Source: a virus
IMG/VR virus record: IMGVR_UViG_3300049571_000380
Span: 128,485 to 192,484 of that record
Direction: 5' to 3' (one strand)
Length of the DNA stretch: 64,000 nt
Shown here: one piece after another, positions 36,229 to 46,047 of the stretch
Position numbering within the stretch: the first letter of the stretch is position 1
How the letters are laid out: each line of letters opens with the position of its first letter
Notes under the pieces: model-generated
The model's input: only the letters and a program-made list of their open reading frames with translations
The model's database searches: none
What the model was told of the DNA's origin: nothing
Translations under genes and position numbers: made by a program

Positions 36229-36984
36229 TCAGATCCGGAAGACGGTGGACTTGCGGACGTTGACCGAGTTCGTGGTCGCCGCCTGCTGGGTGGATCCGCC
36301 CGGGACGAACGGCACCTGGGCGGCCCGCGACTGGGCGCCGAGCAGGTCCATGAGGAACGTGTTCAGGTCGCAGTGGAGGTGGTTGGTCACGTCGTAGCCC
36401 CGGCGGTTGACCGCCAGACCGCCCGTGATCGTCCAGTCCATCGACCCGGAACCGCCGCCGACGAACCCGAAGGTGAGGGCGACCGTGCTCTCGTCGCCGT
36501 CCTCGTCGGTGTCGGTGACGCTCAGGATGTACTGCTTGCCGTCGAGCGAGATCGAGGCCGTGACGACCGTGGTCGTCTTGGTGCTGGCGTTGCGCATGCT
36601 CCGCAGGCACTCGGCGACCGCCGAGGGCAGGTGCTCCTCGTTCTCCACGATGCGCATCTCGGGCAGCTCGGCCTTCTTGGCGCCCGCCGGGACGAAGTCC
36701 TTGCGGCCGTTGTCCGGGTCCTTGTAGATGGAGACGTACATGTCCCATCCTCTGGCCAGAGGCTTGGCCTTGCCGTCGATGAAGAGGTGGGACTTCTCCC
36801 AGCGCCACCTCCGGCCGTCGAGGCGGAACTTGATGGTCATCTTCGTCCGCTCGCCCAGGTGGGTGAGCAGGATCTTGCCGTAGCCGTTGCGCTCGACGAT
36901 GGGCTCGACGCCCGTCTTGTCGAGCAGGAACGCGTACGGCTCGTGGACGACCTCGGGCATGTTGTCGATGCTGAGCGTGGTCAA
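36229..36984 (-). CDS. Hypothetical protein
   Basis: GGAGAAG RBS, TTG start; 251 aa. Confidence 0.75.
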   Translation of the reverse strand: MTTLSIDNMPEVVHEPYAFLLDKTGVEPIVERNGYGKILLTHLGERTKMTIKFRLDGRRWRWEKSHLFIDGKAKPLARGWDMYVSIYKDPDNGRKDFVPAGAKKAELPEMRIVENEEHLPSAVAECLRSMRNASTKTTTVVTASISLDGKQYILSVTDTDEDGDESTVALTFGFVGGGSGSMDWTITGGLAVNRRGYDVTNHLHCDLNTFLMDLLGAQSRAAQVPFVPGGSTQQAATTNSVNVRKSTVFRI

Positions 36985-37085
36985 GCTCTTCTCCGTCCGA
37001 TTCCGATGTGAGATGGGCCGAAAGCCCCGGGGTGCCGTTGTTCTTGGCCGGAGCGCGGGCGCCCCCGGGGCTCCTCCCTTTCTCC

Positions 37086-37114
37086 TGAAAACTACTCTAC
37101 CACAAGGGAGTTGA
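37086..37114. promoter_or_regulatory. Operator-like motif over a minus-strand promoter
   Basis: TGAAAA-N17-AGTTGA enclosing minus-strand TGTGG-TAGAGT. Confidence 0.55.
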
Positions 37115-37126
37115 GGATCTGGGCGG

Positions 37127-37432
37127 TCAGTCGATGTGGCGGCCGATGTACTCGACCTCGATGACCTTGACCTCTTCGCCCTGTTCTCCGTACGCCCACA
37201 GGATGCGCTCGCCGCCGGGGCCGATGCGGATGTACGAGATCCACAGGTCGTCGCGGTTTCCGAAGCGGGGCTCCGGCTTCATCCGGTGCGTATTCAGGCC
37301 GGGATGAGCCGGATTGTCGGCCAGCTTCTCCAGCGCGGACTGGATCTGTTTCAACTTGCCCCGGTCGCCGGACTTGCGGATCTTCTTGATCCCCTTCTCG
37401 GCGGCCGGGGTGATCTCCAGCGTGAACCTCAT
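37127..37432 (-). CDS. RelE/ParE-fold toxin-like protein
   Basis: 101 aa, basic; FTLEIT..A.K.IKK, LEKLADNPAHPGLNTH, ERILWAY; ATGA coupling to the upstream gene. Confidence 0.7.
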   Translation of the reverse strand: MRFTLEITPAAEKGIKKIRKSGDRGKLKQIQSALEKLADNPAHPGLNTHRMKPEPRFGNRDDLWISYIRIGPGGERILWAYGEQGEEVKVIEVEYIGRHID

Positions 37433-38118
37433 GCCGCGTCCCCCCAGATCAGCGCACTCAGGTCGGCCGTGGTGGAAACCCGGCGCCCCCAGTCCCCCGC
37501 ACTGCGGGACTTGCGGTTGTCCTGTACGGCCTGCGCCGCCTCGATCGCGCCGCGCTGGCCGAACGCCTCCTCCGGCGACAGCACCGGGCGAACGGCGGTC
37601 AGTGCGTTCAGGTCCACCTGGGAGATGACCGCCGACGGGATCAGCTTGATTACACCAGCCTCGTCGATCGACACCTGGTAGATCTCCGCGTTTGCAATGC
37701 GGCCCAAGACCACTCCACCACGAGAGTCCGGGATGACGATCTTCATGGAAGAGTGGCCGTTGATCTTGATCACTCCTGAGATGCCATCCATGCCAGGCCA
37801 CTCCGTGGCGATGCGATCAGTGAGCGAGACCAGTTCCTCCGGATCGATCAGGTCGGAACTGACCGTCTCCGACCATCCGCCCTGCGGCATCTGCTCGGCG
37901 GTCAGGTGAGGCGGAAGCACTCGCTCCATGCGAAGTTCATGGAGCACGCTACGCTCCACGCCGCGCGCATCGCCCACGGTCGGAAGAACGCGCTCGTACA
38001 GTGCGGTCCACCCTTCACGCAGGTGCTGTCCGAGTCGAAGTCCATCGGAACTTCCGGTGATTCCGACCTTCAGGGATCGGAGGGATTCGTTGAAAACGAC
38101 GTAGACCCGTTCGGCCAT
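37429..38118 (-). CDS. GIY-YIG/T5orf172-like domain fused to a putative AbrB-like antitoxin domain
   Basis: N-terminal VYVV..LKVGITG..RL.QH, VERSVL, QGGWSET; C-terminal VIPDSRGGVVLG..EIYQVSIDEAGVIKLIP. Confidence 0.65.
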   Translation of the reverse strand: MAERVYVVFNESLRSLKVGITGSSDGLRLGQHLREGWTALYERVLPTVGDARGVERSVLHELRMERVLPPHLTAEQMPQGGWSETVSSDLIDPEELVSLTDRIATEWPGMDGISGVIKINGHSSMKIVIPDSRGGVVLGRIANAEIYQVSIDEAGVIKLIPSAVISQVDLNALTAVRPVLSPEEAFGQRGAIEAAQAVQDNRKSRSAGDWGRRVSTTADLSALIWGDAA

Positions 38119-38135
38119 GTCATGTCCCCTTTCCG

Positions 38136-38190
38136 TCAACTCGACTCTATCACAGCTCAGTTGAACTTGGCTGCCATCGCAACAAGTTCA
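38136..38190. promoter_or_regulatory. Two overlapping operator-like palindromes over the TA promoter
   Basis: TCAACT-N17-AGTTGA (38136-38164) and TGAACT-N17-AGTTCA (38162-38190); minus-strand TGTGA-TAGAGT inside the first. Confidence 0.7.
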
Positions 38191-38305
38191 GACGGCCAGC
38201 ATCTTGCGGTCCGCCGCGTCCATCGTTCCCACGATCTCATCCTCTCCGTCGGGGCACCTTCCCCAACGGAGAGGATATCAGCGGATCTTGATGGCCTGGG
38301 CCGAA

Positions 38306-38581
38306 TCAGGAGGGCCAGGGCCACGTGTCGGTTTCACCGCGCACCAGGTACTGCCGGTTCGCGTTCACCGTCACGCCGGGATACGCCGCTTCCATCGACG
38401 CCTTCCAGGCGCCCATCGCCGCTTCGGCCGCCGCGTCCTCGTTCTCCGTCACCGCCGAGCCGAAGCCGTTCGTGAGCGGGAAGGTCTGCTCGATGCCGGT
38501 GTCCACCGGGTTCTCGGGGTCCGTGTCGTTGAACAGCCACAGCCGGTACGTGACGGCGTAGGCGCCGGTCGGGATCGCCAT
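38306..38581 (-). CDS. Hypothetical protein
   Basis: GGAGG RBS. Confidence 0.7.
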   Translation of the reverse strand: MAIPTGAYAVTYRLWLFNDTDPENPVDTGIEQTFPLTNGFGSAVTENEDAAAEAAMGAWKASMEAAYPGVTVNANRQYLVRGETDTWPWPS

Positions 38582-38589
38582 GATCAACC

Positions 38590-39200
38590 TCCAGTCGGGG
38601 AAACCCGGCCACCCTACTTCTCACGTACGCCTTCAGGCCCCTGCGGCTCGCAGGCGGCCGACTGCGCCCGCCGACCACCCGAGGGGCGCCGCGCCTGCCA
38701 CCGGCCCGCAGCCGGGCGCCCAGCCACCTTCCTGCCGCACCCGCAGCGCGAGCCCCGCCAGCACCCCGCACCCGGCAGACCACAGAAGCCCAGAGGTCTT
38801 TCGAGCGCAGCGAGTCCATCCCTCCTCCGGCGGCGCGGAGCGCCGACGCGCTGAGGACGACGATGAAGGCTTGGCGGAAGACAGGTCAGGTGCGGGCCGG
38901 TGGGTGGGGAACCCACTCCGGCATGTGCCTGGCATGGCTGGAGCCAAGCCTGAAGAGGAGGACTTCTAGATACTTCTATAGGGGGTGGAAAATCGACGTT
39001 TCCCCAGGTCAGGTGGGCTACCGACTCTGTCATTTTCTGCCAGGGACGTTGACCTCATATGGTCAACCATATGGCCTACTTTGGCAACGAGAGGTCAAGG
39101 GTATTTCATGGCAAACTTGGACATCTCTACTAGCGTGAACATGTCATCAATGTGACCCCGCTCTCCCTGTCGCACCCTTCCCATACGCGGATAGAGGGAG
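38590..39200. other. Non-coding strand-switch region (candidate origin or divergent control region)
   Basis: No convincing ORF; a strand-skewed GC tract then an AT-richer tract with the palindrome GTTGACC-N6-GGTCAAC; lies upstream of the replication genes. Confidence 0.5.
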
Positions 39201-39287
39201 TACCTTCTGGTGGACAAGGGGGCGACTTCTAGCTGCACTGCCGAGATCATTCTGCTAGAGTCGCAACTACGGAAAGGAGTGACCGGC

Positions 39288-39683
39288 ATGGGACACGAGG
39301 CCAGCGTCATCGACGCGACCCTGATGAACGAGTTCGGGCAGTACGCCCAGACGGCGCCGTTCCCCATCTGGGTGGTGGCGAAGCTCAGCGAGGAGTTCGA
39401 GGCCCTGGGCCTGTACGCGCGGATCGCCTCCGCCGCGACGATGGAGGACTCCGACAGGATGCGCGTCACCATCTCGAAGGACTGGGCCGACGCCCTGTTC
39501 GGCGAGGACGGCGAGTGGAAGAAGCCGATGCAGTTCCTGCTGGACATCGAGGCGATCACGAAGGTCGCCGTGTACCGCAGCGGCAAGGTCCGGCTTCAGA
39601 TGGAGGCATACCCGCCCGACATCCGCGACGAGCTGGACGCTTACCGGCGCCCGAACGGCAAGCTGGTGGCAGCCTTCTCCTGA
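39288..39683 (+). CDS. Hypothetical protein
   Basis: AAAGGAG RBS; followed by a hairpin at about 39693-39717. Confidence 0.75.
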   Translation: MGHEASVIDATLMNEFGQYAQTAPFPIWVVAKLSEEFEALGLYARIASAATMEDSDRMRVTISKDWADALFGEDGEWKKPMQFLLDIEAITKVAVYRSGKVRLQMEAYPPDIRDELDAYRRPNGKLVAAFS

Positions 39684-39754
39684 GAAAGGAGAAGGCCCCA
39701 GCGTGAACTGGGGCCTCGATCAAGCAAACTGACTGAAAGGTTACAGCGGAAGCC

Positions 39755-40699
39755 ATGTCGGATTCAAGGCACTTCACCGTGGTTGACGACTGGGTGCTGC
39801 TGCACCCGGACGTGACGTCCACCGAGTACCGGATCTACTCGATCATCAAGGGCAACCTGAAGCACACCCACGGAGGTGTGCCCGAGACCGGCTTCCGTGC
39901 GACCGCCGCCTGGGTCAACGAGATCTCCAACGGCCTCGTGTCGGTGAGCACCGCGCACAAGGCGATGCAGGCCCTGGCCAAGAAGGGCATCCTGCGCAGG
40001 CTCAACAACCCGCAGTCCGGCGAGGGTGCTGACTTCGAGTTCGTCGTGGTGCCGCCGGAGGAGTACGCCGGGCCCAAGAGCGTGATGGCCGAGGCCGCCG
40101 CGATCAGCAAGAAGAAGAGCCGCAGCGTGGTCTTCGTGACGGTGCCGCTGAACCGCAGGCCCCGCAAGGGTGCCCGCCAGCAGGAAGCACAGGCGCAGGC
40201 GATCGTCCTCATGGATGAAGAGGCCGAGGAGCCGGAGCCCGAGTTCGACATGTCGGCTCTGGAGGATTCCGGGCCGACCGGCGCCGAGGCGGAGTTCGCC
40301 GTCGAGCTGGAAGAGGTCACCGCTCGGAACACCGAACCCCGGCTGCGCCTGATGTCGGCCGCCTGCGAACGCGTTGCCGCTGCGGTGCGCCCGGCGCTGG
40401 AGGCCGGATGGAGCCCGCGCGAACTGGCGCTGCGGATGGCGGCCGAGCTGAACCCCCGGGTCAACGCCCCGGAGCGGCTGCTGATCAGCAAGGCGGGGGA
40501 CCTCGGCAAGCCGCCGAAGGCGCGCACCGTGATGCCCGAGGCGTCGAAGGAAGAAAGCCAGCTCAACCGGTACGTGCCGCCGAAGCAGTTCCACCAGCGG
40601 CCTGGCCTGGACATCAGCCCCGAGGAGCAGGAGAAGATCGACGCGAGGCTGCGTGAGTACCAGGCCCAGCGTGACCGGGCCAACCTGCTGAAGAGCTGA
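39755..40699 (+). CDS. HTH replication initiator-like protein
   Basis: HFTVVDDWVLLHPDVTSTEYRIY..., VSTAHKAMQALAKKGILRR; immediately upstream of dnaB. Confidence 0.75.
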   Translation: MSDSRHFTVVDDWVLLHPDVTSTEYRIYSIIKGNLKHTHGGVPETGFRATAAWVNEISNGLVSVSTAHKAMQALAKKGILRRLNNPQSGEGADFEFVVVPPEEYAGPKSVMAEAAAISKKKSRSVVFVTVPLNRRPRKGARQQEAQAQAIVLMDEEAEEPEPEFDMSALEDSGPTGAEAEFAVELEEVTARNTEPRLRLMSAACERVAAAVRPALEAGWSPRELALRMAAELNPRVNAPERLLISKAGDLGKPPKARTVMPEASKEESQLNRYVPPKQFHQRPGLDISPEEQEKIDARLREYQAQRDRANLLKS

Positions 40700-40722
40700 A
40701 GAAGCGGACAAGGAGAACAAAC

Positions 40723-42084
40723 GTGGGTGAAGTACGTGCCATTGCGGGTGGGACGATGGTCGACCCGCATGCGGAGACGGCCGTTCTGGGGGAACTGCTC
40801 GTCTCCGACGGTCACCCGCTCGACTGCCGTGACGAAGTCACCGACATCCTGCGGGACGCCGGGCCGGAAGTGTTCCACGACCCGCTGAACCGCAAGGTGT
40901 ACGAGGCGTTCCTGTCCTGCTTCATCGACGGCGGCCACACCGACCCGGTGGCGGTCGTCGGCGCACTGCGACAGGAAGGGGAGCTGACCGCCGAGCTGTT
41001 CGATCACGTGCACAGCCTTCCGTCGAAGGCCGGGAACCTCGCGGCCTCGCACGGCGGGGCGCGGAGCCTGCTCGACCTGTACCGGCGGCGCATGCTGCAC
41101 AAGGTGCTGGTGGAGTCCTCCGGCCGGGTCCAGGCGGGCGGCGGGTCCTACGGCGAGATCGCCGGGGAGGTCTCGGTGGTGGTGTCGGAGGTCATCGACA
41201 CCTCCACGAAGGTGGAGACCACCTTCTCCGCGTCGCAGGTCTCCGAGGCTGCCCTGGGGCACATCCTCCACGGCCGGACCATGGAGAAGGGCATCCCGAT
41301 GGGGTTGCACGACATCGACGAGCTGACCGGCGGCATGCGGCCGGGCCAGTTCATCGTTCTCGCGGGCAGGCCGGGCATGGGTAAGACCACCCTCGGCGCG
41401 CAGGTCGCGCGGAACGTGGCACACCAGGGGGTCGCCACGGAGATCTTTTCGCTGGAGATGCCAAAGGAGGAGCTTGGCCAGCGCAACGCGTCGGCCGAGA
41501 CCGGCATCCCCTTCGAGGATATCCGCGACGGCCGGGTGGATGCCGAGGCGATCGAGCGGCTGATCGAGTACGACGCCAGCCAGGCCGACTACCCGATGAC
41601 GGTCGACGACGACCCGGGCCAGACGCTCGGTGAGATCGCGCTGAAGGTCCGCAAGTCGGCCCGGGAGAAGGGTGCGAAGGTCTTCGTCATCGACTACCTC
41701 CAGCTCGTAAAGCCGGACAAGCCGACCGGCAACCCGACGGTGGACGTGGCGATCGTCTCGGAGGGGCTGCGCAGGCTGGCCCGTACGCTCCGGGTCATCA
41801 TCATCGCCCTGGCCCAGCTCAACCGTGAGTCGGCCGGTCGCGACGACGGCAAGCCGAAGCTGACTGACCTGCGCCAGTCCGGCCAGATCGAGCAGGATGC
41901 CAACCTGGTGATCCTCGTACACCTGCCGTTCAAGGTCGACCCGGACACGGCGCGTGGCAAGGAAGCCGACATCATCCTCGCGAAGAACCGAGGGGGCAAG
42001 ACGGCCGAACGGGTGATGCTGTTCGACGGCGCCCACAGCCGGTTCCTCAACCCGTCCGACATGCTCGCCGGGATCTCGTCGTGA
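40723..42084 (+). CDS. dnaB: DnaB-like replicative helicase
   Basis: AGRPGMGKT, FSLEM, VIDYLQL, LAQLNR, DLRQSGQIEQDA, AKNRGG. Confidence 0.95.
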   Translation: MGEVRAIAGGTMVDPHAETAVLGELLVSDGHPLDCRDEVTDILRDAGPEVFHDPLNRKVYEAFLSCFIDGGHTDPVAVVGALRQEGELTAELFDHVHSLPSKAGNLAASHGGARSLLDLYRRRMLHKVLVESSGRVQAGGGSYGEIAGEVSVVVSEVIDTSTKVETTFSASQVSEAALGHILHGRTMEKGIPMGLHDIDELTGGMRPGQFIVLAGRPGMGKTTLGAQVARNVAHQGVATEIFSLEMPKEELGQRNASAETGIPFEDIRDGRVDAEAIERLIEYDASQADYPMTVDDDPGQTLGEIALKVRKSAREKGAKVFVIDYLQLVKPDKPTGNPTVDVAIVSEGLRRLARTLRVIIIALAQLNRESAGRDDGKPKLTDLRQSGQIEQDANLVILVHLPFKVDPDTARGKEADIILAKNRGGKTAERVMLFDGAHSRFLNPSDMLAGISS

Positions 42085-42527
42085 TCACGGGGGAGTTCCT
42101 GGTCTGCGACGACCTCGGTCCGCTCGGACGGCTGGCCCCGCCCGGCGACCTCTTCGTGATGGAGCCCCGGGACGTCAACCTCGTGATCTCCGAACGCAAG
42201 TGGATCAACGGGAAGTATCTGGAGGCCGACGAGAAGGCCGAGAAGTACCGGAAGTGGCTGAAGACGGCACACCTGCGGGGACGGCGTGACGCGATCCGGG
42301 AGTGGTTCGACATCTGGACCATCGAGGCCGCGAAGTACGCCGTCTGCGACGGCTGGCTGCTGAGCGTCGTCGGCCTGCTGGAGATGGGCAAGCAGCAGGC
42401 GATGAACGTGCCGAAGAACTTCTCCTACAACGGCTTCGGCCCGATCCGCGAGCTGACGAAGAAGGTCGTCGAGGCGACCGACGAGGAGATCATCGGGGGC
42501 GCCCGGTTCCGGGCGAAGCTCCGGTAG
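42081..42527 (+). CDS. Hypothetical protein
   Basis: GTGA coupling to dnaB. Confidence 0.75.
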   Translation: MITGEFLVCDDLGPLGRLAPPGDLFVMEPRDVNLVISERKWINGKYLEADEKAEKYRKWLKTAHLRGRRDAIREWFDIWTIEAAKYAVCDGWLLSVVGLLEMGKQQAMNVPKNFSYNGFGPIRELTKKVVEATDEEIIGGARFRAKLR

Positions 42528-42734
42528 AAGCGCGAAGGCCAGGCGTCCGGTGTCCACCGGATGGCCTGGCCCCACTTCCTGCCCCTCGTGGGGCGGCATG
42601 TAGAGTATGGCAGCCATGGGTGACGGGCGGCAAGCCCCTTTCGAGGGGCTTGCCAGTAGAAGTGGCCCAGGCCATGTAGTAGGCTGTGGGTGAACCAAGT
42701 TGATGTTGGTTCACCCCTCGGAAAGGGTGAAGAG

Positions 42735-43274
42735 ATGGTTGTGTCTGTGGGGCCCATCGCTCTGGCGCGGCCCGGATGGGGACTGAAGGAGGGCGCGGTC
42801 ACGTTGCTCGTGTCGAACGACTCGGGAGGCAGGCCGGACGTCCTCTGCGCGCAGATGCTGCTGAACGCGGCGATCTGTGGAATGAAGGTGCTCGTGCTCC
42901 TGCCGGGGCTCCGGTCCGACGACGAGGTGTGGTCCTCGGTCGGCCAGATCCTGGGCGGCGGGGACGGGCGCGTGGCGGCCAGGGAGATGCGCCATCTGCG
43001 GCTCGTCATGTACGCCTCCGGCACCGGCCGGGAGCACGTCAACAAGGCTGAGCTGGTGTACGCTCCTGGACTCAGCCCTTCCGAACTCGGCCGCCTCAGC
43101 GATGAGACGACGGCCCCGATCCTGACCCTCGCCGACCTCGGAAGCGAGACGGCGAAGCGGCTGTCCAGCGAAGTGATCCGCGTCGGCGGCGACACGATCG
43201 TCTACGACGCCGAGGGCTTCGAGGTTCCTGTCGTGTTCGACCCGAGCGGTCCGGTCTACCGGGTGGCAGAATGA
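42735..43274 (+). CDS. Degenerate DnaB/RecA-fold-like protein lacking Walker A
   Basis: GLKEGAVTLLVSNDSGGRPDVLCAQMLLNAAICGMKVLVL aligns by eye with the DnaB Walker A region. Confidence 0.6.
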   Translation: MVVSVGPIALARPGWGLKEGAVTLLVSNDSGGRPDVLCAQMLLNAAICGMKVLVLLPGLRSDDEVWSSVGQILGGGDGRVAAREMRHLRLVMYASGTGREHVNKAELVYAPGLSPSELGRLSDETTAPILTLADLGSETAKRLSSEVIRVGGDTIVYDAEGFEVPVVFDPSGPVYRVAE

Positions 43275-43804
43275 GGCCCCCGGCGCTCATCGTGAACGAC
43301 GGAACCAGTCGCGCGTTCTTGTCTGACGGAATGCCGGGGACGGGAGGGCTCTTCGTGCCGGAAATGCACCGTTTCCCCCTCAAGCAGACGATCGCGCAGG
43401 CTCTCGTCGAATATGCCGAGCAGAACCACCCGGTCCTGATGGTCGACGACGGAACCCGGCGCACAGGGGAGATCCTGTACCACGTGGCTCACATGCTCGG
43501 ACTCAGGACCCCGGACGCCCTCTCCGAGGAGCGGTCTTCCGTTCCCCTCCGGGTCACTGACGACCTGGATGGCGCATGGAGCAGTGCACAGGGTGTCCAC
43601 GTGGGCGACTTCCAGCATGTCGGAGGGTTCGAGGTGATGTATCACCCGGCATGCGGCGAGCCGGACGATCACGCATGCGACATGGGCGACGCCCACGGGG
43701 TTCTCCTGGTGATGGAGTATCCGAACCTGGATTCCCGAACGCTCCTCATGCGTGAACACAATCTCACGCGCGATGCAAGTGGACGACTCGCGCGCAAGAG
43801 CTGA
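43271..43804 (+). CDS. Hypothetical protein
   Basis: ATGA coupling. Confidence 0.7.
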   Translation: MRPPALIVNDGTSRAFLSDGMPGTGGLFVPEMHRFPLKQTIAQALVEYAEQNHPVLMVDDGTRRTGEILYHVAHMLGLRTPDALSEERSSVPLRVTDDLDGAWSSAQGVHVGDFQHVGGFEVMYHPACGEPDDHACDMGDAHGVLLVMEYPNLDSRTLLMREHNLTRDASGRLARKS

Positions 43805-43817
43805 AGGAGAAGAAGCG

Positions 43818-45356
43818 GTGGGCAAGGCTCTTGAAGTGATGATCGCGGCGCTGGACGCCGCCGGATCCAAGCGGTCTCGGGCCGGTGGTGGCCAGGTGTT
43901 TCAGTGCCCGGCGCACGACGACAGGAGCCCCAGCCTCAGTGTGAGCGCAGGCACCAAGGGTATGGACGTGGTCTTCAAGTGCCACGCGGGGTGCGAGCGG
44001 GACGATATCCTCGCTGCTCTCGGTCTGACCTGGAAGGACATCCTCGGGAAAGGCGACAGCGAGGAGTACCGCAAGCATCGCGCCGACCTCTGGATGCCCT
44101 GCCAGGGAGGCAAGGACACGCCCGACAGCGAGCGGTGCCCCGGTCAGAAGAAGGCCGAGTACCAGTACACGGACGAGAACGGGAACCTGCTCTACGCGGT
44201 GGCCCGGTGCTCTCACAAGGGGAAGGGCTGCCGTGCCCCGTTCGCCCAGTGGCGCCCCGACTCGACCCGCCCGTACGGCAAGGCGTGGGGCCTTCCGGGT
44301 TCGGTCCGGCGGGTGCTCTACAACCTGCCGAGGGTGATCGAGGCGGCGAAGGCCGGGCGCCGGATCTGGCTCATGGAGGGCGAGAAGGACGCCGACCGGA
44401 TGAGGCGGGACTTCCCCGACGAGGCGGTGACGACCATCGTCTCGGGGGCGGGCAAGTCGAAGTGGCGACTGGAGTACGGCCGCTACTTCAAGGGCGCCTC
44501 CGAGGTGATCATCGTGGCCGACTGTGACCGTACCGGCCTGGAGTTCGCCGAAGAGGTGCACAAGCACCTGAGCAACGTGGTGACCAAGGTCAAGGTGGTG
44601 TGCTCGCCGCTCATGGCCGATGGCGCCGACTTCTCCGATCACCGTGATCACGGATTCGGTCTCGACGAGTTCGAGATCGTGCCCTTCACGCCGATCAAGA
44701 AGCGGCCCGAGATGGTGATCCTGGTCGAGGAGGAACACCGCGAGAAGCCGGTGGTGTTCGGCGGCTTCAGTCAGGAGTCCGTCGAGCGCAGCCTGGTCGG
44801 ATCGATTCTGCGGTACGGCCACTCCTACGGGATCGCCGAGGTCGACATCCAGACCGACAGCCGCATGAACGTGATCATCAAGGCGGCTGCCCGGCTGGCC
44901 CGGCAGGAGAACGTGATCACGCCGGACATGGTGGCCGCCGAGGTCGAGGAGATGGGGGTGAGCACCTTCGAGAAGGTGCTGCCCTACGCCCTCGAACTGG
45001 AGGCGGTCGCCTTCGATGACACGACCAAGCCGCTCGTCGCGGCGCGCATCCTGCGGGAGCGCACCATGCGTCGCATGCTGGCGCTCGTCAGCCGGGCCAC
45101 CGAGTCGGCGGCCCGGGACGAGAAGAGGCCGCTGGACCAGATCCTGGCCGAGGTCGGCCGGACGGCGGAACGGATGAACGAGGAGTACGCCTCGCTGGAA
45201 CGCGAGTACTGCGAGCCGGTCGGCGACGTGTTCACCGGAGATGTTCTCGAAGAGATCGTCATGGAAGAGATCGAGCAGGAGAAGACGAACGTCACCCCGA
45301 TGCACCCGAAGAAGCAGGGTGTGACGTACCGGCCGAAGGCGGCCCAGGGAAGCTGA
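43818..45356 (+). CDS. DNA primase (Zn finger plus Toprim) with a C-terminal DnaB-NTD-like domain
   Basis: CPAHDDRSPSL..CHAGC; WLMEGEKDAD; IVADCDRTG; C-terminal QESVERSLVGSIL. Confidence 0.85.
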   Translation: MGKALEVMIAALDAAGSKRSRAGGGQVFQCPAHDDRSPSLSVSAGTKGMDVVFKCHAGCERDDILAALGLTWKDILGKGDSEEYRKHRADLWMPCQGGKDTPDSERCPGQKKAEYQYTDENGNLLYAVARCSHKGKGCRAPFAQWRPDSTRPYGKAWGLPGSVRRVLYNLPRVIEAAKAGRRIWLMEGEKDADRMRRDFPDEAVTTIVSGAGKSKWRLEYGRYFKGASEVIIVADCDRTGLEFAEEVHKHLSNVVTKVKVVCSPLMADGADFSDHRDHGFGLDEFEIVPFTPIKKRPEMVILVEEEHREKPVVFGGFSQESVERSLVGSILRYGHSYGIAEVDIQTDSRMNVIIKAAARLARQENVITPDMVAAEVEEMGVSTFEKVLPYALELEAVAFDDTTKPLVAARILRERTMRRMLALVSRATESAARDEKRPLDQILAEVGRTAERMNEEYASLEREYCEPVGDVFTGDVLEEIVMEEIEQEKTNVTPMHPKKQGVTYRPKAAQGS

Positions 45357-45380
45357 CATGGCCCAGGCCATCTGGTAATC

Positions 45381-45409
45381 TCAACAGAAGGAAACGGAGC
45401 CCCGGTTGA
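45381..45409. promoter_or_regulatory. Operator-like motif
   Basis: TCAACA-N17-GGTTGA; the right half lies in the loop of the primase terminator (45399-45423). Confidence 0.55.
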
Positions 45410-45436
45410 GAATCGGGGCTTTCGGAAGGAGACGAC

Positions 45437-45658
45437 GTGGCACGCAAGGGACGTGAGAAGTACTACGAGGATCTGCTGGAGGGGGCAGAGTCCCCGAAGG
45501 AGCGGTTCGAAGTTCTGCGCAGCAGGTTGCTGGCGGACGTCAAGCGCCTGCCCGCCGAGCTGCGCGACGGCGCCTACGCCAGCGCGGCCGACGCGCTGAA
45601 GGGTGTCATCGAGGCCATCGACGACGCGATCGAGGACATCCGGCCGGTGGGCGTATGA
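45437..45658 (+). CDS. Hypothetical protein
   Basis: AAGGAG RBS. Confidence 0.7.
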   Translation: MARKGREKYYEDLLEGAESPKERFEVLRSRLLADVKRLPAELRDGAYASAADALKGVIEAIDDAIEDIRPVGV

Positions 45659-46047
45659 GGATCGACAGCACACGGCTGGACCTGCGCACGATGGCCGACC
45701 GGATCAACCGCAAGCCGCTGATCGGCGGACGTCGGCACCTCGGGGTCGGTGGCGACATGGTCATCGTCAGCGAACTCGGTCACCGGGACCGGGCGGGGAT
45801 CGGCATCGGCATGCCCGGTCCCTGGGTGACCATCCACTGCACCACGCGCGGGTATGACGAGCACATGTCACCCATCGACCGGGACGGCTGGCTGGATGTC
45901 GCCGCCCTGACGCCCTGGCGGGAGTACTGGCTGGAGCTGGACGCGATCGGCGGCGTGCGGCTGGAGCGGGCCGACTCGGACGGGAGCAGCTTCCGCTGGT
46001 ACTGGCCGATCCCCTCCGACTCCTGGAGGCGGATCCAGTGCGGGTGA
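45655..46047 (+). CDS. Hypothetical protein
   Basis: ATGA coupling. Confidence 0.7.
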   Translation: MRIDSTRLDLRTMADRINRKPLIGGRRHLGVGGDMVIVSELGHRDRAGIGIGMPGPWVTIHCTTRGYDEHMSPIDRDGWLDVAALTPWREYWLELDAIGGVRLERADSDGSSFRWYWPIPSDSWRRIQCG

